Made by a program: the position numbers and the translations under genes. Positions 1 through 9,148 of a DNA stretch of 64,000 bases are shown piece by piece. Source of the DNA: Pseudomonadota bacterium (lineage in GTDB: Bacteria > Bdellovibrionota_B > Oligoflexia > Silvanigrellales > Silvanigrellaceae); assembly GCA_039799905.1 (NCBI GenBank), contig JBDLRP010000021.1, forward strand, positions 1-64,000. The letters run 5' to 3'. The notes below the pieces were generated by a model. It was not told the origin of the DNA, ran no database searches, and saw only the letters and a list, made by a program, of their open reading frames with translations. How positions within the stretch are numbered: the stretch's first letter is position 1; every line of letters begins with the position of its first letter.

Positions 1-295
1 CGCGATCCGTCCCGACACTCCTCCAGCCGAGGTGAGGACGAGACCTGAGCCCGCAGCGAGGCCCGAGCGCAAAGAAAACCGTGATGCAGCAAACAAACAA
101 GAGTCAGCTGCAAAACAGGATTCTCAATTGAAGCAGGACGCTCAGACGAAGCAAGGTGCTCAGGTGAAGCAGGACGCTCAGATGAAGCCTGAATCCAACG
201 CAAAAAATCAGCCGGATGTGAAGGCCGACAACAAGGCAGACGCCCCTGCTGCAGAGAATAAAAACGTAAAATCAGAGTCCAAAAAAGCGGTCTGA
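1..295 (+). CDS. 5'-truncated CDS, low-complexity K/Q/A/D-rich C-terminal tail; possibly the hook-capping protein FlgD by position
   Basis: Frame is open from the window edge to TGA at 293-295, 31 bp before flgE. Only the repetitive tail is visible; FlgD is a synteny guess. Confidence 0.45.
   Translation, partial: AIRPDTPPAEVRTRPEPAARPERKENRDAANKQESAAKQDSQLKQDAQTKQGAQVKQDAQMKPESNAKNQPDVKADNKADAPAAENKNVKSESKKAV
95..202 (+). repeat. Six imperfect 18-bp in-frame tandem repeats encoding KQxxQx hexapeptides
   Basis: Units start at 95, 113, 131, 149, 167 and 185 (KQESAA, KQDSQL, KQDAQT, KQGAQV, KQDAQM, KPESNA). Confidence 0.75.
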
Positions 296-326
296 AAACG
301 CATCAGAACGATGGAGGAGTTCATAA

Positions 327-1691
327 ATGGCTATTCACTATGCGCTGTTTAGTGGTGTGTCCGGTCTCACGGTCAATACCGACGCCATGGGTGTGATATC
401 CAACAACATCGCCAACTCGAATACACGCGCGTTCAAAGCCGACCGCGCTGAATTCGAAGACTTGCTGGCCATCAACCTGAACGAGCACTCACAGCTGGGT
501 CGTGGTGCGCGTCTGCGAAGTATTACGACCAACTTCACACAGGGCGCGTTGTCCCACTCGGGTGGTATCACCGACATGGCCATTCAGGGTGAGGGCTTCT
601 TCGTCATGCGCACAGGTGGCAATGACGGCGATGCAGGTTCGAGTACCTACACTCGGCAGGGGACCTTCCGCTTCGACCGTGACGGCTTCATTACCGATGT
701 GCACGGCCAAAAGCTGCAGGGCTTCCTTGCGGGTGCAGACGGAAAACTTGAAACACGTATGCAAGACTTGATGATCACCACAACCTCAATCACTCCGGTT
801 CCGACCAGCCGTGTGACGATGAACGTCAACCTCGACCTGCGCGAACCGGTGCTCGTCGAAGACTTTGATCCTCGCCGTCCGACTGAAACTTCCAACTATG
901 CGTCCACAGTGACCGTTTACGACAACTTCGGTCAGTCGCATCAGGCGACCGTGTATTTCGCTAAGGACCGCAACGCAGAAAACAGCTGGACTTGGCACGC
1001 ATGTATCGACGGCGGCGAAATCAAGGGCGCACCAGCGTTTGATGAAAACGGAAAGCCGCTGCCGCATGTGGTTGGCACAGGTAAATTGCAGTTTGATGAA
1101 AACGGCAAGCCGGTCATGAACTTCCGAACCAAGGAAGGAAAGCCAAGCTTTATTGACGTCATGGAAATGAGCGATGCGCATGAGGTGAGGTTCGCAAACG
1201 GCTCTGCTCCGCAAAAGATCCAATTCAACTTCGGCCCCATGGAAGACGAAAACGGACGAATCGGTAAACAAACCTCCACAAGCCTTGCAACCCGTTCAAG
1301 CACGCTCTACCACTCACAGAATGGTTCCGAGGCCGGATACCTCAAGTCACTCAAAGTCGACCAAGAGGGTAACCTGCGCGCTGTTTATACCAACGGTCTC
1401 GAGCGGCGACTCGGTGCAGTGGCTTTGGCCACTTTCCCAAGCCCGCAAGGCTTGCAAAAGACTGGTCAGAACTGCTACGGCCAGACGTACAGGTCGGGCG
1501 AGCCGAGCGTCGGGGTGCCGCAGACAGGTTCACGCGGTTCCGTCTATTCGGCCTCACTCGAGGAGTCGAACGTCGACCTTGCAAGCCAGTTTGTGGACAT
1601 GATCACCACACAGCGCGGCTTTCAGGCAAACTCCAAGACGATTACCACATCAGACAGCATGCTTGAGGAAATCATCGGTCTGAAGAGGTAA
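327..1691 (+). CDS. flgE: Flagellar hook protein FlgE
   Basis: N-terminal SGVSGL...ISNNIANSNT, DMAIQGEGFF, YTRQGTF, C-terminal LEESNVDLASQFVDMITTQRGFQANSKTITTSD; GGAGG RBS upstream. Confidence 0.95.
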   Translation: MAIHYALFSGVSGLTVNTDAMGVISNNIANSNTRAFKADRAEFEDLLAINLNEHSQLGRGARLRSITTNFTQGALSHSGGITDMAIQGEGFFVMRTGGNDGDAGSSTYTRQGTFRFDRDGFITDVHGQKLQGFLAGADGKLETRMQDLMITTTSITPVPTSRVTMNVNLDLREPVLVEDFDPRRPTETSNYASTVTVYDNFGQSHQATVYFAKDRNAENSWTWHACIDGGEIKGAPAFDENGKPLPHVVGTGKLQFDENGKPVMNFRTKEGKPSFIDVMEMSDAHEVRFANGSAPQKIQFNFGPMEDENGRIGKQTSTSLATRSSTLYHSQNGSEAGYLKSLKVDQEGNLRAVYTNGLERRLGAVALATFPSPQGLQKTGQNCYGQTYRSGEPSVGVPQTGSRGSVYSASLEESNVDLASQFVDMITTQRGFQANSKTITTSDSMLEEIIGLKR

Positions 1692-1704
1692 TGAGAGGAA
1701 GTAG

Positions 1705-2652
1705 TTGAACTCAATTCGTTCAGAACTGAACGCTTTGATTGTTGGTGAATACAGGTCACGGGATTCCACTCCCGCTGGCCTTTTCTCTATTACAGCAACT
1801 TTATTTTCAGCATGCGCGGGAGCGATCGCCGCAGAGATTCTAGCAATCCTCTGGCCGGACCTCGCGCTGCTTGCCCGTCTAGCAGCAATTATCTGGACGG
1901 GCACAAGAATGCGTTCACTCGGAAACATGATGCACGAGTGCAGCCACGGAATTTTCGTGCGGAGTCCTTCAGCAAATACACACTTCGGCCACCTTCTTTC
2001 AGCATTCGACCTCAGCTCATTTTCGGACTACGCCCGTCAGCACACAACTCACCACGCTTATCTGGGTGATCCGGAACGAGACCTCGATCTGCGTTCAAGG
2101 GCCATCCTTTTTGCGCGCAGAAAAACCTTTTTTTCGCTCCTTACACTCGGGCTATACGCACTAGTGTTGGTGCCGTTATGGATCTCCATGCTGCGCCCCG
2201 TTTTTTGGGCTGCGAAGGCCCCACGTTGGAGCAATGTTCTCCGCATAGCACTTCTTGCACTCACAGCGCTCGGACTGCTGCTCCCGCAATCGCAATTTTT
2301 CACATTGATTCACGTTGTCCTGCCATACATGACTGTTTATCAGTGGATGCGTTTTTTCTCCGATGCTTGCGATCATGTTTTTCTGACCTGCGAAAGTGAT
2401 CCACTCGAACGCAGCCGTAATCATTTATTCAGGCCTGATTTTCTCAATCGTATTTTTTTTCCGCGGCAGGATGCTTATCATCTTCTTCATCATCTATTTC
2501 CATCGTTGCCGACATGCGCCTATCCTGCTGTTCACAGGCAGCTGTTGTTGCACCCGTGGTATAAATCACGCAGCCATGCTCTCATCGGAAAAGAAAGCAG
2601 GGAAGACGGAATCCCACGCGATTCGGAATTCGTTCACGGCCAAAGCAGATAG
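1705..2652 (+). CDS. Membrane fatty-acid desaturase family protein
   Basis: Three His boxes (HECSH, HTTHH, HLLHH) plus hydrophobic segments; TTG start with GAGG RBS. Confidence 0.85.
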   Translation: MNSIRSELNALIVGEYRSRDSTPAGLFSITATLFSACAGAIAAEILAILWPDLALLARLAAIIWTGTRMRSLGNMMHECSHGIFVRSPSANTHFGHLLSAFDLSSFSDYARQHTTHHAYLGDPERDLDLRSRAILFARRKTFFSLLTLGLYALVLVPLWISMLRPVFWAAKAPRWSNVLRIALLALTALGLLLPQSQFFTLIHVVLPYMTVYQWMRFFSDACDHVFLTCESDPLERSRNHLFRPDFLNRIFFPRQDAYHLLHHLFPSLPTCAYPAVHRQLLLHPWYKSRSHALIGKESREDGIPRDSEFVHGQSR

Positions 2653-2999
2653 TCGCTTCCAAGCGGATCGCTTGCTCGTTCCTTGAAATCTTCCTGCAAT
2701 GCGGCATCGGCCTGGTTCTTCGGTTTGCCCCGCACGTCGGAATAGGCAAGAAAAGTATGCCGGCCATCGGGACCTTCGACCATCAGCGTATTTGGCTGCC
2801 GCTTACTGATGCCGACGACTTTGACTTCCTGATCGTTGTCCCAATTGTCGCTGCGTTTTTTTGAAATAGTGACGACATCGTCTGTCTGAAAATCATGGAG
2901 CTTTGCCGGCGGAACGCGACGGATAGTCTTCATCTCACCGTCTGAACCACGGTAGCTGACCACGTAGGGCGCACGGCTTGTGATGACCTTAACAGACAT
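2634..2999 (-). CDS. Hypothetical protein (121 aa)
   Basis: ATG at 2999 (MSVKVITSRAPY); globular-looking composition; sigma28-like promoter just upstream. Confidence 0.7.
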   Translation of the reverse strand: MSVKVITSRAPYVVSYRGSDGEMKTIRRVPPAKLHDFQTDDVVTISKKRSDNWDNDQEVKVVGISKRQPNTLMVEGPDGRHTFLAYSDVRGKPKNQADAALQEDFKERASDPLGSDYLLWP

Positions 3000-3000
3000 G

Positions 3001-3028
3001 AAAAAACCCCATGCTCTCACATGGGGTT
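3001..3028 (-). terminator. Rho-independent terminator-like hairpin
   Basis: Minus strand AACCCCATG-tgagag-CATGGGGTT followed by TTTT, downstream of the 3059-3373 gene. Confidence 0.65.
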
Positions 3029-3053
3029 ATCGGGATTTCGCCGAAAAGCTTGA
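3027..3053 (-). promoter_or_regulatory. sigma28 (FliA)-like promoter
   Basis: Minus strand TCAA-N15-CCCGATAA versus consensus TAAA-N15-GCCGATAA. Confidence 0.6.
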
Positions 3054-3058
3054 GAGAA

Positions 3059-3373
3059 CTAGATAATCTCTCTTCCGGCTATCGTTCCCGCTGTTCTGCT
3101 AGAACAACCGCAGGTTCGGTTACCTGCCGATTCAAACGGCGCACCGCAAGCGATACAACGGCGGACTTTGATTACAATTGGTGATAACCCAGCCAAACGG
3201 CGGGCAATATTCTTTTGCTCGATATCCTTCACAACGCTTGGAGGAAGTGTCTTTATTTTGAGACCGTCCGAGGTTGTTGCGCCTGGAGCCTCCACAGACC
3301 CTGCAGCATCGCCAAGCAATGACCCTGATAGAGTCCCTTCACTCAATGTTTTTGTCTCTCTCTTGCTAAACAT
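3059..3373 (-). CDS. Small hypothetical protein with C-terminal Cys cluster (CIAC...CGC), possible zinc ribbon
   Basis: ATG at 3373 preceded by GAGGGAG RBS; RRCIACGAPFESAGNRTCGC. Confidence 0.7.
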   Translation of the reverse strand: MFSKRETKTLSEGTLSGSLLGDAAGSVEAPGATTSDGLKIKTLPPSVVKDIEQKNIARRLAGLSPIVIKVRRCIACGAPFESAGNRTCGCSSRTAGTIAGREII

Positions 3374-3427
3374 ATGTCTCCCTCGTTGTCCGACTGGCCT
3401 CCTGAGGCGGAGGGTCCAAAATGCGGT

Positions 3428-3445
3428 ATGCAAAAGGCATGCCGC
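3428..3445 (-). promoter_or_regulatory. sigma54 (-24/-12)-like promoter
   Basis: Minus strand CGGCATGCCTTTTGCA, i.e. GG-N10-GC, close to TGGCACGNNNNTTGCW; about 55 bp upstream of the ATG at 3373. Confidence 0.6.
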
Positions 3446-3658
3446 CTCAAAAATAAACTCCGAGCGCCTCCTCGCATTTCCATTTCAACTGCAAAGCATG
3501 GCACTTAGCCCCGGACGGGGTGTCAATCTTGTGCTCAGGGTGTAGTCTGAGAAATCGACATGGTGTTTTCTTGCTTTACACAGCATCCATTGATTGGGCA
3601 CTAGCGATGGAATACCGGAGTGAAAGAGTCATATCATTGATCAACATCATTAGAAACG

Positions 3659-5611
3659 ATGATAATGAACACTGAACAATCAATAACCCCCAAATTTTAC
3701 AGCCTCCTGTTGGCTGCACTCTTAGCCGCCACTTTAGGCTGTAAAACGGCTTGGTGGAGTGACAAAAATTCGTCAACCAACGAGGATTCCAGCATAAATG
3801 GTAGCGACTGGAACGACCAGAGTAATAGAACAGCACTTCTGTCACTGAGTCCCGAAGATTATGAGGTTCTGGGCTCGCGTGGCGCTCCCATTCGATGGCA
3901 GCCGCTGCTGATGCCGCTGCGCACCGGTTATCATCTGACCGATCGACACTTTGCACTTGGCGTCAGCGGTACGCTTGGCACCACTGACGGACGCATACCA
4001 GAACTCGGACAATGTCGTATGCTTACACAGGCATCGACGATTTCTCCCTCAAAAGGCGAAAATGGACAAACTCTGCAGAACGTAGAAGTCGGGCTGGAAG
4101 ATCCAAAAGGACAACGGACGACTGGCAACGGGGGGCAACTCTTTCTCATCCATGATCAAGTCTCGCGGTTTGTGGCGGCGCTCGGATTTTGGGACGATGA
4201 TGGACGTGCGAATTGCCAATTGCCGGCTGGTCGATGGTTCATTTCCTCGGGATTCGGAGAAGCGCGGACGCACAAGTCCTTTATCGTTGCGCCCAACCGC
4301 GAGAATAAAATAAGCCTGCGCACCCACTCCCGCGCGCGTCTAATCATTCGTCCCGGAAAAGACACAGGCCTGCAGTATGGTGATTTGATGCGTATCGGCA
4401 GAGTGCGTGCACAAATGCCCGCAGCTCAGACAGATGAGGAGCTGCCAGAAGTTCCACTGCTTCTGCAGGACGATTTGATGCGCAGCGTGCTTGCACCCTC
4501 CGAAAACAGCGGGGTGCGCGAATACCTTTTCACATCACTTCTTCTTCAGCGGCCAGAGTTTTCTTTGACCGTCGAGCCGGGTGAATATGCGATTGGTCTC
4601 TGGCGAGACGGTATGATTCACCCGTGCGTGTCGCGCTTGCTTGTTGAATCGTCGGATGCTGCGGTTCTTGCATGCGATCCGAATGCGGGTCCGCCTTCGT
4701 CAAGTCCGACGGAGGGGACCGGCCTCGTTCAGACACAAAAAGGTGTTGAATTACAAACATTGACTGTCAGCTTTGACGGGAGCTTTATGCCGTCACGGTT
4801 GCTCGGACAAAGCTCATTCCGCGCATGGATGGCAAAAAATGGAGTGACACGATTTTTGCGCGCCGGTAGACCACTGGACAGCCAGAATCAGCAATTCCAA
4901 TTTTCTCTCCAACCGCTCTTGCAGGTCTTGTCCACAGGTGGAGTCCTGCAACCGGAAGGACCATTCATCGGTGATTTTCGTCTGACACAGAAAAGCGAGA
5001 CAGACGCAAAAATGGGAACGTCGTCGTTCGCAAGACTTTTGTACGCACAATCGGGAATAAACGTCGATTCGATGCTTTCGCGTGTCTTTAAGATTGCGTT
5101 TGCGAATTCGATTCCCATGGCGGGAGTCTCCGAACGTGGATTACTCGAGGGCGCGGTGCCCCTCACCTTCAGAACCTTTTTACGAAATGCAGCGGGACGA
5201 TCTTTGCGCACCGAGGAGACTGAAGCATTTGCAAGCAACGGAGCGCAGATCGAATGGATTGAACCCTCACCGGCCGCATCGGGAACACCAGTCAGGCTCG
5301 GACCGCAGCAGCGAGTCCGAGTGCGGCTTAGCATTCCACCAGAGGACACAACAGAATTTTTCACAATGTTCATCAACGGTGAATCCTACAAACAATGGCC
5401 CGTTCCGCTCAGTCAGTACCGCAATATGATCCGCAGCCTTGAAGTTGATGAAAAAATCTCGATGAACAAAGATTTTTATATAGGATTCGCGTCGTGGGGA
5501 AAGAACTATCTTCCTGAATATATGTTTGGCGTCAGACAGTTGCCGGCCCTGGCATTCACAAGACTGTATTGCATTGACGTCAATGAAAACGCAGTCTGCG
5601 ACCGGCAGTGA
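3659..5611 (+). CDS. Putative lipoprotein; C-terminus resembles CehA/McbA-type (PHP-associated) proteins
   Basis: Lipobox LLAATLGC; AFASNGAQIEW and terminal PALAFTRLYCIDVNEN; no HxH metal motif seen. Confidence 0.6.
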   Translation: MIMNTEQSITPKFYSLLLAALLAATLGCKTAWWSDKNSSTNEDSSINGSDWNDQSNRTALLSLSPEDYEVLGSRGAPIRWQPLLMPLRTGYHLTDRHFALGVSGTLGTTDGRIPELGQCRMLTQASTISPSKGENGQTLQNVEVGLEDPKGQRTTGNGGQLFLIHDQVSRFVAALGFWDDDGRANCQLPAGRWFISSGFGEARTHKSFIVAPNRENKISLRTHSRARLIIRPGKDTGLQYGDLMRIGRVRAQMPAAQTDEELPEVPLLLQDDLMRSVLAPSENSGVREYLFTSLLLQRPEFSLTVEPGEYAIGLWRDGMIHPCVSRLLVESSDAAVLACDPNAGPPSSSPTEGTGLVQTQKGVELQTLTVSFDGSFMPSRLLGQSSFRAWMAKNGVTRFLRAGRPLDSQNQQFQFSLQPLLQVLSTGGVLQPEGPFIGDFRLTQKSETDAKMGTSSFARLLYAQSGINVDSMLSRVFKIAFANSIPMAGVSERGLLEGAVPLTFRTFLRNAAGRSLRTEETEAFASNGAQIEWIEPSPAASGTPVRLGPQQRVRVRLSIPPEDTTEFFTMFINGESYKQWPVPLSQYRNMIRSLEVDEKISMNKDFYIGFASWGKNYLPEYMFGVRQLPALAFTRLYCIDVNENAVCDRQ

Positions 5612-5623
5612 GGGGATTCACTC

Positions 5624-6394
5624 ATGTATGTGCATGAAAGAGTGAGGGAAGACTTTATAGCGAGAGAAGCTTTTCTTCTCGACATCCACAATGCAAAGCG
5701 AATGGCTCCGCTCATTGATCACACACTTCTCAGAGCAGACGCCGGTGAAGACAAATTTTCAGAGCTGGTCCGGCAGGCTTCAGCCAACAATTTTCGCGCC
5801 GTGTGTTTGCCAAGCGGAAGATTAGAAGACGCAGCAAAACTTTTTCGGGAGTTGAATTCTGATAGTTCTCCGCTCCTATGCACTGTGATTGGCTTTCCAC
5901 TCGGACACAGTCTCACCAACGCCAAGACGTCGGAAATTGATGCTGCACTGGTGCGCGGAGCGACTGAACTGGACTACGTGCAGAACATCGGCTGGGTCAA
6001 AGACAAGCAATGGACAAAGCTTTGCGAAGAGGCCAAAGACATTGTCGGAGCTGCAAAGGGAAATGTTGTTAAAGTCATTCTTGAAACAGCTCTCCTGACC
6101 GAGGAAGAAATTTACTTGTCGGGATTGGCGGCGGCGCGCGGTGGTGTGCATGTTCTGAAGACATCGACCGGCTTCGCTGCCCGAGGTGCAATCCTAGAGG
6201 ATTTGAGAATCATGAGCCGCGTGACGCAGCAGATTGAACAAGAGAGCGGTTGCATATTGGGACTTAAAGCCAGCGGCGGTATCAAAACATACGCCGATGC
6301 GGTGCAGATGATTCAAGCTGGTGCGACAAGACTGGGAACAAGCGCCGGTGTGCAACTGATGACAGGCGAGAAGTCCACTGAATCAGCCTATTAA
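5624..6394 (+). CDS. deoC: Deoxyribose-phosphate aldolase
   Basis: IDHTLL, TVIGFPLG, VKVILET, KTSTGF, KASGGIKT, GATRLGTS. Confidence 0.95.
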   Translation: MYVHERVREDFIAREAFLLDIHNAKRMAPLIDHTLLRADAGEDKFSELVRQASANNFRAVCLPSGRLEDAAKLFRELNSDSSPLLCTVIGFPLGHSLTNAKTSEIDAALVRGATELDYVQNIGWVKDKQWTKLCEEAKDIVGAAKGNVVKVILETALLTEEEIYLSGLAAARGGVHVLKTSTGFAARGAILEDLRIMSRVTQQIEQESGCILGLKASGGIKTYADAVQMIQAGATRLGTSAGVQLMTGEKSTESAY

Positions 6395-6426
6395 AAATTT
6401 CGACAGGCAAAAGAGGCATTCTAATA

Positions 6427-7773
6427 ATGTACCTTCCACAGGAAATCATCAGAAAAAAACGCGATAAGATTGAACTCTCGCGCGAAGAAATACACTACCT
6501 TATCAATGCATATTCAGGCGGCACACTTCCGGATTACCAGATGGCCGCATTTGCAATGGCTGTTGTTCTCAACGGAATGAGCGACGAGGAAACCGCCCTT
6601 CTGCTGACAGCGATGATTCAAAGCGGCGACAGAATGGACTGGGGCCAGCTGCGCAAGCGTGGCATTCCCTGTGTGGACAAACACTCGACCGGCGGTGTCG
6701 GCGACAAGACCTCTCTTGTCATCCTTCCGCTGCTAGTTGCCGACGGTCTGGCTGTTCCCATGGTTGCTGGTCGCGGTTTGGGTCACACGGGCGGAACCGT
6801 CGATAAATTGGAAGCCATCCCCGGATTTATGGCCCAGCCAAGTGCAGAGCAATTTAACGGGTGGATGCTCGCCCGCGGCGGTGCATTTGGTGCGCAAACA
6901 GATCGATTTGTTCCTGCCGACAAGAAACTATACGCGCTGCGTGATGTGACCTCGACTGTGGAAAGTATTCCGCTCATTACGGCCAGCATCATGTCAAAGA
7001 AGCTCGCCGAAGACCTCGATGCGCTGATTTTGGATGTGAAATTCGGCTCGGGTGCTTTTCTCAAATCGCGCGAATCTGCTGAACAGCTTGCACGCTCATT
7101 GGTCAACGCAGGTCGGATGGCAGGTTGTCGGGTGGAGGCAGCCCTCACCAATATGGACGAACCTCTCGGACGAGCTGCAGGCCATGCATGTGAAGTAGCG
7201 GAGTGCCTCGACATTCTGCAGGGTATGGGCGCACCTGACACGCGCGAATTGAGCCTGCAACTCGCCGCACGTGCAGCGGTGCTTGGGCATCAGGACAAAT
7301 CACCGGATGCTCACCAGCGTGCCTACATGCGGATGCGCAATCATTTGCAAAGTGGTCGGGCCTACGAAGTTTTTCTCGACATAGCGGTCCAGCAGGGAGC
7401 GCATCTTTCGGCATTGGAGCGCACCAACACAGAATGGATTGACGCAGGAACGATCGACATTCCCGTGTTTGCAGCTGAAAAAAAACGCCAGTGGGTATCG
7501 GCGATCGAAACACGCTCGCTGGGCCTGTTGCTCATTGAAATGGGCGCTGGACGCACTAAAAAAGAGGATGCCATCGACCATAAGGTAGGAATTGTGCATC
7601 TCAAAAAAGTGGGAGAAAAGGTGGAGTCGGGCGAGCCGCTCTGCTTCATCAGACTGCGCAAAAACGACGTGCGCGCCGACAAGTTTCAAACTGCTGCGGC
7701 CGCTTCGTTTTCACTCACCTCGGAAGCTGCGGCAGATGCAGGACAACCTTTGATCGCAAAATGGATTCAATGA
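6427..7773 (+). CDS. deoA: Thymidine/pyrimidine-nucleoside phosphorylase
   Basis: DKHSTGGVGDK, GRGLGHTGGT.DKLE, LYALRDVTSTV, SIMSKK, DVKFGSGAF. Confidence 0.93.
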   Translation: MYLPQEIIRKKRDKIELSREEIHYLINAYSGGTLPDYQMAAFAMAVVLNGMSDEETALLLTAMIQSGDRMDWGQLRKRGIPCVDKHSTGGVGDKTSLVILPLLVADGLAVPMVAGRGLGHTGGTVDKLEAIPGFMAQPSAEQFNGWMLARGGAFGAQTDRFVPADKKLYALRDVTSTVESIPLITASIMSKKLAEDLDALILDVKFGSGAFLKSRESAEQLARSLVNAGRMAGCRVEAALTNMDEPLGRAAGHACEVAECLDILQGMGAPDTRELSLQLAARAAVLGHQDKSPDAHQRAYMRMRNHLQSGRAYEVFLDIAVQQGAHLSALERTNTEWIDAGTIDIPVFAAEKKRQWVSAIETRSLGLLLIEMGAGRTKKEDAIDHKVGIVHLKKVGEKVESGEPLCFIRLRKNDVRADKFQTAAAASFSLTSEAAADAGQPLIAKWIQ

Positions 7774-7780
7774 ACAACAC

Positions 7781-9139
7781 TCAATGCATGACCACCTTCA
7801 GGTGATCACCCATCGGCGACGTGAAAAAGTCTTCTGCCACCGCTCCCTCAAACATAATAAGATTGGCGCGCCTGCCGACTTTCAAAACTCCATGCGAGTT
7901 CTCAAGGCCCATGGCGAAAGCTGCGTTGCACGTCAAGCCGGTGAGCACCTCGGGAACCGCAAAACCGCCTTTGACCAATGCCAGAAAACCGGCAAACCAA
8001 AGTGAATTTAGTGGCGCACTGCCCGGGTTGAAATCGGAAGCGATGGCTGCCCGCACTCCGGCCGAACGAAGTTTTCTTCCCTCGACATACGCTATGTTCG
8101 AAAAGAAGCTTGTGAGCGGAAGTACAACAGGCATCACGCCGAGTGACTGGAGCTTCACAAGATCTGCATCTGTCGCATATTGAAGATGGTCGACACTCAA
8201 GACCCGACCGCGGGTTCGCTTACGCTGTGGCGTTTGTTCAGCACGCTGAGCCAATGCGATGGCCGATTCACAGCCGCCGCTTCTGGAAAACTCGTCTGCA
8301 TGAATATGAACGTCAAAGCCATGTTGAAGTGCGGCAGAGAGCCAGCGGTCTGCTTGTTCACGGGTAAAATAATTCCGTTCCAAAAACACGTCGACAGCCG
8401 GCTGAAGTACGTTTCGGCATTCCGAATATTTTTGCGCCAGCGATGCAAATTGTGGAAGAGCATCGATCAACGCCTGGATGTAATTGTCGAGCCCGTGCAG
8501 TTCAGGCGAAGCCGCGTGCGGACCAAGTAGTGTCGGCGCCATGAGCGGCAATGAGCCTGCATCACGCTCCTGAGCGTGCGCCTCATAGAGACATTCCCAA
8601 AGTCTGAATTCTTGTTCGACGTTCAGACCGTAGCCTGTCTTGGCTTCCCACGCGACAACTCCCCGCGACAACGCTTGTCGTGCACGCTGAAGGTATGCCG
8701 TCTTGAGTTCCGCAACAGAGGCTGCACGGGTTGCGCGCATGCTGACAACGATTCCACCACCGCGGGCAGCCACTTCCTCATACGATAGCCCCTGCGCCTT
8801 GAGCACGGTCTCGGTCGCACGTGACCCTGCGAATATCGGGTGCGTGTGGCAATCCAATAGCCCCGGCATCACAACGCAGCCACGTCCCTGAATGATTCGC
8901 GCGCCGCTTATATTGGCTCCTGCATTGACACCAATTGCCTTGATGACCCCGTCCTCGATGACAACATCACAGTCCTTGTGTCCCCCGAGAAGGACACTCG
9001 ACGTGCTGTCAACTTCGTTGGAGTTGTCACAATCCATAGTCAGAACATGAGCGTTGCGGATGACAATTTTTCCGCTCCCTTCTGTGCTGAGAATGTCAGG
9101 AGTTGCATTCGGTGATGCAGACATGTGGGACTCCTTCAT
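7781..9139 (-). CDS. hutI: Imidazolonepropionase
   Basis: PGLLDCHTHPIFAGSR, EAKTGYGL, HADEFS, SVDHL, ASDFNPGS; adjacent to hutU. Confidence 0.93.
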   Translation of the reverse strand: MKESHMSASPNATPDILSTEGSGKIVIRNAHVLTMDCDNSNEVDSTSSVLLGGHKDCDVVIEDGVIKAIGVNAGANISGARIIQGRGCVVMPGLLDCHTHPIFAGSRATETVLKAQGLSYEEVAARGGGIVVSMRATRAASVAELKTAYLQRARQALSRGVVAWEAKTGYGLNVEQEFRLWECLYEAHAQERDAGSLPLMAPTLLGPHAASPELHGLDNYIQALIDALPQFASLAQKYSECRNVLQPAVDVFLERNYFTREQADRWLSAALQHGFDVHIHADEFSRSGGCESAIALAQRAEQTPQRKRTRGRVLSVDHLQYATDADLVKLQSLGVMPVVLPLTSFFSNIAYVEGRKLRSAGVRAAIASDFNPGSAPLNSLWFAGFLALVKGGFAVPEVLTGLTCNAAFAMGLENSHGVLKVGRRANLIMFEGAVAEDFFTSPMGDHLKVVMH

Positions 9140-9148
9140 AGGTGTTTA

